A DNA stretch of 63,745 nucleotides, counting the filler, from Folioceros fuciformis (Eukaryota): assembly GCA_049999805.1 (NCBI GenBank). It is 5 parts of 4 records of this genome, joined end to end, with 100 filler letters (N's around TTAATTAATTAA, not from the genome) between each part and the next. Parts side by side here need not be neighbours in the genome. Positions count along the whole stretch, not along the records: positions 1 to 26,744 come from JBNGIO010006187.1; positions 26,845 to 52,919 come from JBNGIO010006187.1; 3 more parts are not named here. One strand, written 5' to 3'. Position numbers and translations under genes: made by a program. This document shows positions 22,135-33,800 of this stretch, one piece after another. The notes below the pieces were generated by a model. It searched no databases. It was given only the letters and a program-made list of their open reading frames with translations, and had not been told where the DNA came from. Positions within the stretch are counted from its first letter, which is position 1. Each line of letters opens with the position of its first letter.

Positions 22135-25100
22135 TGTTAGTTAGGTTAGCTATAACAGTTGTAATTGCAACTAACTCCAAGAACAAATATGTATGGTTTT
22201 TCATAATACACACACCTCTCATAGATGCATAAGCGTGCGTCTATAAAGCTTACATGGCACAAAGCTATGGATCTTATGGCTTGTTGCCTGAAGCATGAAA
22301 CTGATGGCTTGCTATGCTTCTTGAAAACTATTGTATATTATCTTTAATCCATAAATGGCTATGGAGTTTCTTGATTTCTTTTATATATACGGTGAAGAAT
22401 AAAATGCGCACTTTGTTCATGAGGACATCTTGACGATGCCTCGCAAGGGAAATGTAGGGAGCTCTAGGATGAGGGGTTGAGCACCAAACGAGGCAGAGCC
22501 AAGGCCGNNNNNNNNNNNNNNNNNNNNNNNNNNNNNNNNNNNNNNNNNNNNNNNNNNNNNNNNNNNNNNNNNNNNNNNNNNNNNNNNNNNNNNNNNNNNN
22601 NNNNNNNAATGTAATATCTCACAATCGAAACAGGAGGAAAGAGTTAAGTTTCTCCAGCGATTTGTGAATGCATTCTCTTCAGAAGTCCTTTGCCCAATTG
22701 CTTCTCCTGCACCAAGAAGCCCAAGCACATTAGATAAATCAGTATTCTCTTCAGTTCAAGTAGAACAAGACACTAGGGTTAGTTCAAGAAATTGTTCCCT
22801 AGTGCCTACTTGTAGTGCCCATGTAGATCTTTACAATTCACTCCTCAATCCAACAAAGTAGACAAAGTTAGTTCCAAAATAGACAGAATTGAAAAAGAGA
22901 GAGATACAGGAAAGTTCTCAGTTGTTTCTTTAGAATTGGAAGTCAAGACATGCTCAAAGGAGCTAAGAGAAATCAAATAGATGCTAAGGTCTGATTCTTC
23001 TATTGGAAAATACTTATATTGAATTGTAGGGCCGATGGCGGCAGATTAAGGATCTGACCATCTACAGGAAAAAGACAGGCTAACTCCACACAATTTTGAA
23101 GCCTGGTCTTTCAGTGTGAGATGCATACTGGACGAGAAACTCATGATGGAAGTTGCAAATGGTTTAGTCCCGAAACGAGTTGTAGGGCAGGATTCCGGCT
23201 CATTACCACCTGGAGGAGTAAACAAGTTGTTATGGTCAATGAAAGATGAACTGGAATGGAATCATAAGGATGGAAAAGCAAAGTCTATTCTTGTGGAATC
23301 TATCTCTCAAGAGATGATCCCACATATAAAACTTACCAAGCATTCACACGAAATGTGGTCATTGTTGAATGACATTTATGAATCAAAGGACATGATCTCA
23401 GAAATTGCTGCGTATGAAAGAGACGGACTCTGTGGAGAGTCACGTGCCCATGTTTAGATCAGCACGAGCTAGGCTTGCTGCTTGTGAAGTAATAATTGAG
23501 GAAGGAAGGTCTGCTGTCCAGTTCCTCATGAGTCTTCCACCCAGCTATGAAACCTGGAGTTCCAGCATCCAAGCAACAGCTACTGTTACACCTGCAACAG
23601 CAACCACCCCTATAATTTCAAACCTTACAGTTCAGAAACTGGTTGGAGCCCTGTTACAAGCAGAAGCCAATCGGAAACATATGAACAAGGGGTTTGCAAG
23701 CTCTTCCCATAAGCAGAGAGATACTGCTTTATTTTCTAGCCGCGGCAGAGGACGTGGCAGACATAGGGGGTGTGGACGTGGAGGTTTTGGAAGAGGTAGA
23801 GGACAAGCGTCCAGACCTAAATCCAACTCCAGCTCACAACAGCCCAGTAGGAAGCCTGGAGTGTGCAATTACTACCACAAACCAGGTCACTGGGTTAGGG
23901 ACTATAGAGCAAAACAAAAGAATGATGCTGGAAAAGGAAAATCACAGGAAGCAAATGTCACAAGGGCTGCAGCTCCTAGATTGTGGGTAACCTACTTGAT
24001 GACGGTGACCAAAGGTAGAAATCAGTGGTTCTTAGACATTGGTTCTTCTAACCACATGTGCTTGTCTAAGAAGCCTTTTTCAGAATATGTTGTTGCCCCT
24101 GTCAACATGCTTGGTGCTCGGAGATAACTCCCATATACCCATTAGAGGGATGGGTTCAGTGGTAGTCACCCTAAATAATGGGAAGACTTAGGAGTTAGAG
24201 AATGTTCTTTATGTTCCTACACTCAAGAAGAACCTAGTCAATACAATGGCATTAGGTCAAACAGGACAATATAGAATCATGTTTGAAGGTTTAGAGTGCG
24301 TCATCACTAGCTTGATCTCACCTCCAGAAGTTATAGCTAGAGGCACTCCGTTGTATAACCTGTACCTCCTTGATTTCACTCTAGATGCTCAGTCTCAGTC
24401 AGTGCAAGTAGCATAGTCAGTTGTTGATAAAACACAAATTGCTTTTAAATGGCACTGTAGACTTGGACACCCTAACATAAAAGCAATGAGGCGTTTGCTA
24501 AAGGAGAAGATGGTTACCGGTGTTTCTAAATCAGATTTGTCAGACCTTGAGCTTTGTGTTGCCTGTGTTCATGGGAAACATTTCAAGTCACATTTTGGAT
24601 CTAGTAAACCATGGAAAGCAACATAAGTGTTAGATCTTGTTCATACAGATATCTGTGGACCATTGTCAATACCTAGTTGGGGTGGTGCTAGGTATTTTGT
24701 TGTGTTCGAAGATGATAAGACTCATTTTATTGTTACAGAGTTGTTGAAGCACAAAAGTGATGTTTTTGATAGCTTCAAACGCTACCTGGCTTATGCCGAA
24801 CGGCAAACTGGCTACAAGTTGAAGTGAATTCGATCTGATAATGGGAAGGAATATATGTCCACAGCATTTTAAGAGTTTTGTCAGGAGTGTGGAATCATTA
24901 GGCAACTCACCATTCCCTATCATTCAAACATGAATGGAAGAGCAGAACGTAGACACAGAACTATACAAGATGCTGCAAGAGCTCTACTGTTTTAGGGGAG
25001 GCTACCTACTTGCTTCTGGGCTGAGGCAATACAGGTGGCCACGTATCTACAGAATCGAACAGCTTTTTCCACCCTTCCGCAATCTACACCATTTGAGTCA

Positions 25101-25175
25101 TGGATAGGTGTGAAGCCAAATACTTCTCACCTACGAGTGTTTAGTAGTATTGCCTTAGCACACATCCCAGATAAG
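22135..25175 (+). mobile_element. Ty1/copia element C, 5' part (putative LTR, gag, PR, integrase), disrupted
   Basis: Putative LTR TGTTAG...CTTACA at 22135-22254 with a degenerate PBS TGGCACAAAGC. Gag from about 23035; knuckle CNYYHKPGHWVRDY; protease WFLDIGSSNHM; integrase VHTDICGP...RSDNGKEY...NGRAERRHRT, closely similar to element D. Confidence 0.88.
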
Positions 25176-26413
25176 TGAAGGAACGCTCAAGGAGCTACAT
25201 GGTGAAGGAGAGGAGAGGAGAAAGAGAGGTCACACATACAAGGGAGCTCAAGGGGGTATTTATACCCCCTCTAGAAGAGCTCCCTAGGAAGCTTCACAAG
25301 AAGCCTACAAGAAGCCTACAGGAAGCTGCACAAGAAGCTTCCTAGAGATTAGCTTAAGCTAATCTAAACTAATGATACTTAACTAGACACTAATCTTAGA
25401 CTAAACACATTAGTCTAGGCACATTGGGCTTTAATAACCCTACAACCGCCCCCTTAAAGGCCAATTTACCTTGATAGGAGAGTGGTCTACCTCATGCCCA
25501 TGAGTGTCCGAGCTTGTGCGAATTGCTCCGAAGAGAGCCCCTTGGTGAGAACATCTGCAGGGTTCTGACTGGTGTGAACTTTGACAAGTTGTACTCTCTT
25601 GTCTTCCAACACCTCTCAAATGAAGTGATACTTCACTTCCACATGTTTGGTCTTCGCATGAAAACACTGGATTCTTTGCCAATTGAATAGCACTCTGGCT
25701 ATCACAATGCAACACTGGCAGCTCAACCTTGATCCCTAAATCGCCCACTAGATGAGCAAGCCACATGGCTTCCTTGCATGCTTCAGTCGCTGCAACATAC
25801 TTGGCCTCTGTGGTAGATATCGTTATGCATGATTGCAAACGAGATCGCCATGAGACTACCTCTCTTATGCACATGAAGACGTAACCTGATGTGGACCTCC
25901 TTTTGTCCATATCCCCTGCATAACCAGCATCCGTATATCCCACGACAGATGCATCTTCACTACCAAAACATAAGCACCAAGCTTTCGTACCATTCAAGTA
26001 CCTCATAACTCCTTTCACTGCCTCCCGATGCTTCCTGCCAGGGTTTGACATAAACCTGCTAACCACTCCCATTGCAAAGGCAATGTCAGGACGTGTAGCA
26101 ATCATTGCATACATCAAACTCCCTACAGCTGATGAGTATGGAACCTTCTCCATTTCAGCTTTGTCCTCCACAGAGCTTGGGCAATCCTTGCTCGACAGTT
26201 TGAAATATGGAGGCAACGGAGTACTTAATACCTTCCCCTTCTCCATATTGAAACGTTGAAGCACCTTGTTAATGTATTCAGTCTGAGACAAGTACAACAA
26301 ATGCTTCTGTCTGTCTCGACGAATACGTATGCTAAGAATATGGCTTGCCTCTCCCAAGTCTGTCATGTCAAAGCGACCATTCAACTTTGACTTCAACGTT
26401 GAAATCTCATAAC
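25176..26413 (-). mobile_element. Copia element C2, 3' part (RT/RNase H, PPT, 269-bp 3' LTR), nested in element C
   Basis: ORF 25440-26396 has MTDLGE, PYSSAVGSLMYAM, GYTDA and CDSQSAI. PPT AAGGGGGCGGT is followed by an LTR TGTAGGG...CTTCA (25444-25176), which interrupts the integrase of C after AHIPDK. Confidence 0.9.
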
Positions 26414-26744
26414 TGTTAGTCCTGAAACAATAGTTAAGTTAGTACAGTCATTAGGCTAGGATTAAACCCAAACTCGACGGGTTCCGGTCGTTGTAACCGT
26501 TTCACGTGACACACAAAAGTGTGCCACACCTGATGAATCGATTGATCCTAAGCAAGCTAAACTTCGCATGGTATCAGAGCATGGGTACCGCGATGTGTCC
26601 AATCTGCAGGCGCGCTGTTTGCACGAATCTTATCTCTATCTCGGAGATTGGAACGCTCATGTATCTTATCAACGTACAATGGACAGAAGGCGCGTCGGCA
26701 GTGATTTGGGAGATGCTCAGTTCGTTATGCTCCCCCAGATTCCT
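26414..26744 (+). mobile_element. 5' end of a third LTR element (155-bp LTR and PBS) nested in C2, truncated by the contig end
   Basis: TGTTAG...CTTCGCA (26414-26568) followed by a perfect PBS TGGTATCAGAGC (26569-26580). Confidence 0.85.
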
Positions 26745-26844
26745 NNNNNNNNNNNNNNNNNNNNNNNNNNNNNNNNNNNNNNNNNNNNTTAATTAATTAA
26801 NNNNNNNNNNNNNNNNNNNNNNNNNNNNNNNNNNNNNNNNNNNN
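26745..26844. other. Artificial contig spacer
   Basis: 44 N + TTAATTAATTAA (stops in all six frames) + 44 N. Confidence 0.95.
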
Positions 26845-27004
26845 CCACCACGCGCAGCAGCGATGCCGGCCGGCCGGCCGCGCCTCTGCGCAGCCTCGCG
26901 ATTCGGGATGCAGCGGCCTTGTCGACGAATTCCAGGGATACGCCACGCACGGCCGCGGAGCTGAGAGGGGCCGCCGCCTGGCCTGCCCGCAGCGCTGCCG
27001 CCAT
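26845..27004 (-). CDS. 5' fragment of a gene with a probable chloroplast transit peptide (truncated by the contig end)
   Basis: MAAALRAGQAAAPLSSAAVRGVSLEFVDKAAASRIARLRRGAAGRPASLLRVV is A/R/S-rich. The mature protein is not visible. Confidence 0.5.
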
Positions 27005-27814
27005 GCTGCTCGTTTCCTCTTCCCAAACTGAGCCGGCTCCTCTTCCTTTGTGTCGGATGCCTTGCCCTGGCCTTCCTCCCTCCTTCCCCTTCCTTCCTTC
27101 CCCCTTCCTCTGTCTGTGCCAGCCAGTACCTGGTGCCTGCAGATACACAACAATGTGCGAGCGAACACACGATCCACACAGGACAATGCAGGAGACGACC
27201 AAGAAAGGCGGAGGACAAACTGATTGCTGCTCCTGCTCCTCCTGCCGCTGCTGCTGCTGCTGGTGCAACTGCTGCTCAGCGCGGGAGAAGCACAAAGGAA
27301 AGGACAGACTGGAGAGGGAGGGAGCCTACAGATCGCGGGGCCCGGTGATTGGCGGGTTCTATGTGTGGAGGATAGACCATCTAAAAACCTCCTTCACAAC
27401 AAATCGTTTTTTTCCCATTTCCTCCCAACCTTGGCCTGTCATACACCTCCTCATGTTTTATGGCTAGATATTTCTAAAATTTACACCACAATTCATGCAT
27501 CCGCATCATCCATGTCATGCTCCCTAGTTCCCAACCTATGTATGTACATCTGATGTATGATGTATGATGGATGAAGATGAGATCAGATCATAATGTCGAG
27601 TGAGCTCGTCGGATCAGAATCCAACCCTAAGTGCATACACGCTGTAGGTGTCGGTAGTCTCAGTCTGTAACCAGCGAGATAACACATCAGTTTGGTGTGC
27701 TGTAGGTAGCCTTAGTAAAGGAGGTGATTACTGTATCGGCGAGGTGGTCTTGGGGTTTTTACGACCCAAGCCGGGGAGTCCTGTCAGTCTCCCCCCGTTT
27801 CCACCCGTCCAGCC

Positions 27815-30800
27815 ATGGACACGGTGAGATGCTACTCGCGCCGCAAGCGCGCCAAGGCTGCCGTTCCCGAAGCACAAGCTGCGCTTCAGGTGCCTCAAGG
27901 CGGTGATGGCAGCCAGGTGCAGGTGCAACAGCAGCAACAGGTGCCGGAGCCAGAGGTAGGTCCAGAGTCACTGCCGCTGATGCGGCCTGACAACGTTGGG
28001 GAACCAGGGTCTGAGCCTCACCACCGACTTCAGCACGAGCAGCAGACTCAGGAGGAGGAGGAGGAGGAGGAGGAGCAGCTCGGGCAAGAGTGGGGCCGGG
28101 TTGAGGACGCGGACGATGAGCGAAAGACTGCACCTACGCTGGAATTGTCGCCTTCTGAGGACTCGGGCCTTGCCACGCCAGCGTACAAGCAGGGAGTTGA
28201 AGATGCGTTGCTTCAGCTTGCGGACCAGGAAACGCATCCGGAGCCTGCGCCTGAGCCGGAGCCCGGGCCCGGGCCCGGGCCCGGGCCGGAGCCGGAGTCG
28301 TTCCCGGACTCGAAACCAGAGCCTCTATCGGAAGAGGAACAGGAAGGAGAACCGCAATTGCACCTGGAACCCGCTCTGGAAGACCATGGACCTGACTCGC
28401 TCGCCCCAGTGGCGCAGCAGCACGAGTCTCATGAATATCAAGATGATATTCTCAACCGAGCGGACGCCATATGGCAAAAGATTGAGGTTCAAAAATTCCC
28501 ATCAGCCTGTTGTCATGCATAATCCCGCCTCGCTTGGCTTCGCTTTCAACACATTGTTTTTTCTAGCCTGTGTGTGTCACTGCCCTGCCCTGCGCCGGCC
28601 CCGCCTTGCCCATCCCAGTTGCGCTGATCTCTTTTCTTCTCTCGTGAATTTTGCAGACGTTGGAATCCACAAGAAAGCTTCCAGCTAGAGGAAGGGAGCC
28701 AGCTCGTTGCAAGACACACTGGGACTTCGTGCTGGAAGAGATGGCCTGGCTAGCCAAGGTCAGTGAAGCCCACAGCCCCGTCCCCCCTCTCCCCTGCCCC
28801 TCTTGCCCCGAACGCGTCTCACCTCGTCGTTTTGCAGCACTCTTGTGCTATAAATGTCTCACGCATTATTCTTACTGGATTTGCAAAGTGAATGACAAGT
28901 ATTGATCGTGACAGGCAACATCCATCCACGGATGGTGAATGGAATTTGGCAGGATTTTGATAGAGAGAGGAAGTGGAAGCTGACGCAAGCCAAGAAAGTG
29001 GCACTCAAGCTCAGCAAGATCAAAGTCGACCATGAAGCCAAGGGTGTTAAACGGCTGAAGGTGAGTACACATGCTGTCGCTCCCTTTGTCTTTGTCACCG
29101 TGAAGTTTTTCCTCCCAACCTCACTCGTAACGGAACGGCTACAGGAAGAACGGCAACGTGTGCGAAGGCTTGCCAGCAACATTGCTAAGGATGTTAAGAA
29201 GTTTTGGGTGAAAATCGACAAGCTTGTAAGACTTTCTTGGAAATCATGTCCCGCATTCGCACGTAAGTATGCCATCCCAATACCGTTTCTGACCACCCGT
29301 CTATAATGTTGTTTCATCGGACAGTTAGCGTATAAGCACCAGCTTGAGGCGGAAGAGATAAAGAAAAGGGCACGTGACAGACATCTCGACTTTCTCCTTG
29401 GCCAGACTGAAAGGTAGCCCTACTGCCAGTTTGACATGTGACCATACACTGCTAAACGTCGCCACGTTTCCTGTTTGCCTGTCAAATGCCTGTTTGTTCA
29501 GTGTCTATGTGCGAATGCCGGGCTGTTATGATGTGCATGGTGATCGTCTGTTCAGCTCAATTTCCCAGTTGTCGCCTCACGAGTCAGCTCCGTGGCAGGT
29601 ACTCGACTATGTTGGCAGAGACAATGTTGGCAGATCCATGCTTGATTTCTGCACCAAAGTCCCCCCTGCTTACGTCCTCCGCGCCATTTGCTCCCAATGC
29701 AGGCACGGAAGCTGGAAGTCTGCTGTCCCTTGGACATCAGCACGAGGATCATGTTTCTAGAGAACATTTAAGCCCAAGTTCAACTGCTAACGGTGCAGGT
29801 GGCAATGAATTGGAGCTAGAACAGCACAATAAGGTTGTTGGGAATGACTCATCTGCGACACCAAAGCTGGAGATCTTCCTTGGGGATACAGATCCAGGTG
29901 TGGAAAATGCTAATGGAGTTCTACCACATCCGTCTTTCAATAAAGATGTCTCAAGCGGGTGGCAGGTCAATGTGGGAATGGCTGATACGGAAAGCACTCT
30001 TCCCATGCCTGACAAGAACGCTAGCATCCCCTTGGGCGAGGGGGTGCCTAATAACTCTGAAAAACCTGGCTCTACACGTGGAGGATGGACGGGCCAGTCT
30101 CTAGGCAGTGGTTGCCCTAAGGAGCGTGAGCTTGTGCATCAGGTGCATCATGAGAAGGACGACCCTGTTGATGCAAGCACCTTGTCCATTGCCACGACGG
30201 CAGAAGTAGAAGAGGATGTAGTCAACGAATGTGGGGCAACAGTGGGGGCGTCCATAGCTGTTCCAAGTTCAAGTGGTCACGTGGATAACCTTCAACCTCC
30301 AGCCGAGTGCCTTCCGGGGACATTACGAACAAGGCCAAAGGGTCCAGACATGCATCTTGAAACCTTCAGTTTGTCTACTCGTGGCTCAGAGCACGCCAAT
30401 GAAGAAGATGCGGATGAAAGGTTAGGAAGGGAACTACTCGTTGATGCTGCAGCTGCTGCACAATCTGCTCAACCAACCGGGCATACCTTCTCTACAACGA
30501 AGGTTAGGACAGAGTCGCCCTTCCTCTTGAAGCATTGTCTACGGGAATACCAGCATATTGGATTGGATTGGTTGGTAACAATGTACGAAAAACGGTTGAA
30601 TGGCATTCTGGCAGATGAAATGGGTCTTGGGAAAACAATCATGACTATTTCTCTACTTGCGCTCTTAGCTTGTCAGAAGGGTATATGGGGACCTCATCTG
30701 ATTGTCGTCCCAACAAGTGTTATGCTTAACTGGGAAACAGAATTCATGAAGTGGTGTCCTGCATTTAAGGTGATGACATATTTTGGCAATGCAAGAGAGC

Positions 30801-33800
30801 GGAAGATCAAACGCCAAGGTTGGTCCAAACCCAACTCGTTTCATATCTGTATTACCACATATAGGCTGGTTATTCAGGATGCCAAAGCTTTTAAACGGAA
30901 GAAATGGAAGTACTTGATTCTGGATGAGGCACACCTCATAAAGAATTGGAGGTCTCAAAGATGGCAGACACTTTTAAACTTCAACTCTAAACGAAGAATT
31001 CTTTTGACTGGGACGCCGTTACAAAATGACCTGATGGAGCTTTGGTCCCTTATGCATTTTTTAATGCCGCATGTCTTCCAGTCCCATCAGCAATTCCGTG
31101 ACTGGTTCAGCAACCCCATCTCTGGAATGGTTGAGGGGCAGGAGCAGGTGAACAAAGAACTGGTGGAACGGTTGCACAATGTGCTCCGCCCCTTTTTGTT
31201 ACGCCGGTTGAAGCAGGATGTGGAGAAGCAGCTGCCGATGAAGTATGAGCATGTCGTTCTTTGCAGGCTCTCAAAGAGGCAGCGCAATTTGTATGAGGAC
31301 TTTATGGCCAGCTCTGAGACACAGGCTACACTGGCGAGTGGCAACTTTCTTGGCATGATAAATGTGCTGATGCAGCTGAGGAAGGTGTGCAATCATCCAG
31401 ATCTTTTTGAAGGCCGCCCTATCATATCCTCATGTGACATGCCTGGTCTTGACATGAATCTAAGTTCTGGCGTATGGTCGGTCTTAGAAGAGGTGAGTCC
31501 CATGTCAGCTGTGGACTTGAGTCATCTTAACCTCCTTATTGGAAATTTGGAGTTTGAAATGTCGTCATGGGCATGTGAAGAGATAAAAGATCTCGCAACT
31601 CCAACCTCCCTGATTGAAGAAATCTCAAGCACAGGGCAAGATAGTTGGGGTTCGCAACAGAAGAACCCTGTGTCTGACTCCGAATTTGGTGGGCTTATTG
31701 AAGAGATACAGGCTTCCCTTGCAGAACAGAAACTGCAGCAGCGGAGGGAAAGGGCCTTAGGCTTGGCAGTGATGAACACGATGCGCTGCAGTCTGGCGCC
31801 CATTTATGGGTTAAGCTTACGACAGACTCTGGTTGTGGAGCACCCTGTGTATGATGTGCACAAGATCAAAATGGAGGAGCGTAGATACTTCGATTTCTCG
31901 TCCAAGATTGCCGATATGGTACTTCTACCCATTGTCAGGATGGAATCCCTGGTAGAGCTCATCGAAGCCTTTGTTTTCGCCATTCCAGCTGCTCGAGCAT
32001 TACCACCTGTTGGCTGGTTCACCCAAAAGTCTCTGCCAGCTAATCCCCTCAGGTCCGCACTGCAAGAGACTAAGATTGCGAGAGAAGTGAGTGAACTGCT
32101 TGTTCCTCTGAGACCGGTGTTTGTTCGGAGGCAACTCTTCTTCCCTGACAGAAGGCTCTTGCAGTTTGATTGTGGGAAGCTTCAAGAACTAGCATCTTTG
32201 CTACGTCGTCTGAAATCAGAAGGACATAGGGCTCTGATTTTCACTCAGATGACAAAGATGCTTGATATTCTTGAGAGTTTCATTAATCTGTACGGGTATA
32301 CCTATATGAGGTTGGATGGCTCAACCAAACCTGAGCAGCGTCAAATACTTATGCAGCGTTTTAATACGAACAAGAAAATCTTTCTGTTCATTCTTTCCAC
32401 ACGGAGTGGTGGGGTTGGAATCAACTTAGTTGGTGCTGATACTGTTATTTTCTATGATAGTGATTGGAATCCTGCAATGGACCTACAAGCTCAAGATAGG
32501 TGCCATCGAATAGGTCAGACAAGGGAGGTTCACATCTACAGATTGGTTAGTGAGAGCACTGTGGAAGAGAACATCCTGAAGAAAGCAAACCAGAAAAGAC
32601 TGTTAGATGACTTAGTGATCCAAAGTGGCAGTTACAACACAGAGTTTTTCAAGAAGCTGGATCCTATGGAATTACTTTCTGGGCTGAGGAGTGGGAAATC
32701 TGTTGGGAGTGCAGAAGCTCCTGGGACAGCAGACGAAAACAAGGCTACAGCTTCCAAGCAGGAAGTTTCAAATGCAGATGTTGATGCTGCCTTGAAAAAT
32801 GCAGAGGACGAAGCTGACTACATGGCTATGAAGCGAGCTGAACAAGAACAGGATGCTGAGAATCAGGAGTTCACTGAAGAGGGATTCGCAGGGATTTTGG
32901 ATGATGAAGAATGTGCGGATGAGAATGGCGGGGTCAAGGCACTGGAGGAAATTTCCCCTGCACAACCTGTGAATGGTGACGCTAATGAACTTCCAGTTCT
33001 GGTCTCGAAGGAGAGTTCAAGCATGTTAACAACAACTGTTCCTGCTGAGCCTGAAGAAGACATAGATATGCTCGCAGATGTTAGGCAGATGGCTGCTGCT
33101 GCAGCAGCTGCTGGCAAAGACAGCATTTCCTTTGAGGACCAATTGCAGCCAGTCGAACGGTATGCTATGCGCCTTCTCGAATTCTGGGATGGTCTGCCTA
33201 GAAAGAACACGAGTGAAGCTCAAGCGGTGTATGAGGAGAAAGAGTGGGAACTTGACCAGCTTGAGAAGCTGAAGGAGGAACAAGAGGCAGAGATTGATGA
33301 GGACAATGAACCTTTGTTCTACGAAAGTATGTTAGCAGGAATAACCTATGTGAAAACTATGGTTGTGTAAGGCGAACTTTGCTTGGTGTCTAACGCAGTG
33401 TGGTCAGGTCAGCTCATGGCATTGGTGGTATTTGTGGCAGGCTGGGACACAACATTCGCGAATGAAGCGTATCGACAGCAGGTTGAAGTGTTAGTTCAGC
33501 AACAGGTTTGTGATTTGTTCCTAGTGTTCTGCCGGTGTTGTTTCCCTTCTCTGGTCTACATTGACACCCTGCTTTCAAACACGTCAAATTGTTTGTGGTG
33601 TGTGGTGATCGGTGTATAGGAGAATCAAAGACTGGAATGGGAAGCCATTAACGAGGAGATGTACGATGCTGACAGGTATGTAGTCTGACAGTGAATATTC
33701 TGTTCAAGAGGACTCTTTCCAATGTAGTGAGGCATGGCATGTTGAAGAGTCTAAGATATGGCTCCTGCTTGTTCGGTCAGAGCTGTAGAAGAAGCTGCAG

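Noticed and set aside
26789-26800. TTAATTAATTAA palindrome recurring four times (also at 52964, 56715 and 60072)
   Set aside because: It is always centred in exactly 44+44 Ns, so it is a synthetic six-frame-stop linker. Adjacency across it has no biological meaning.
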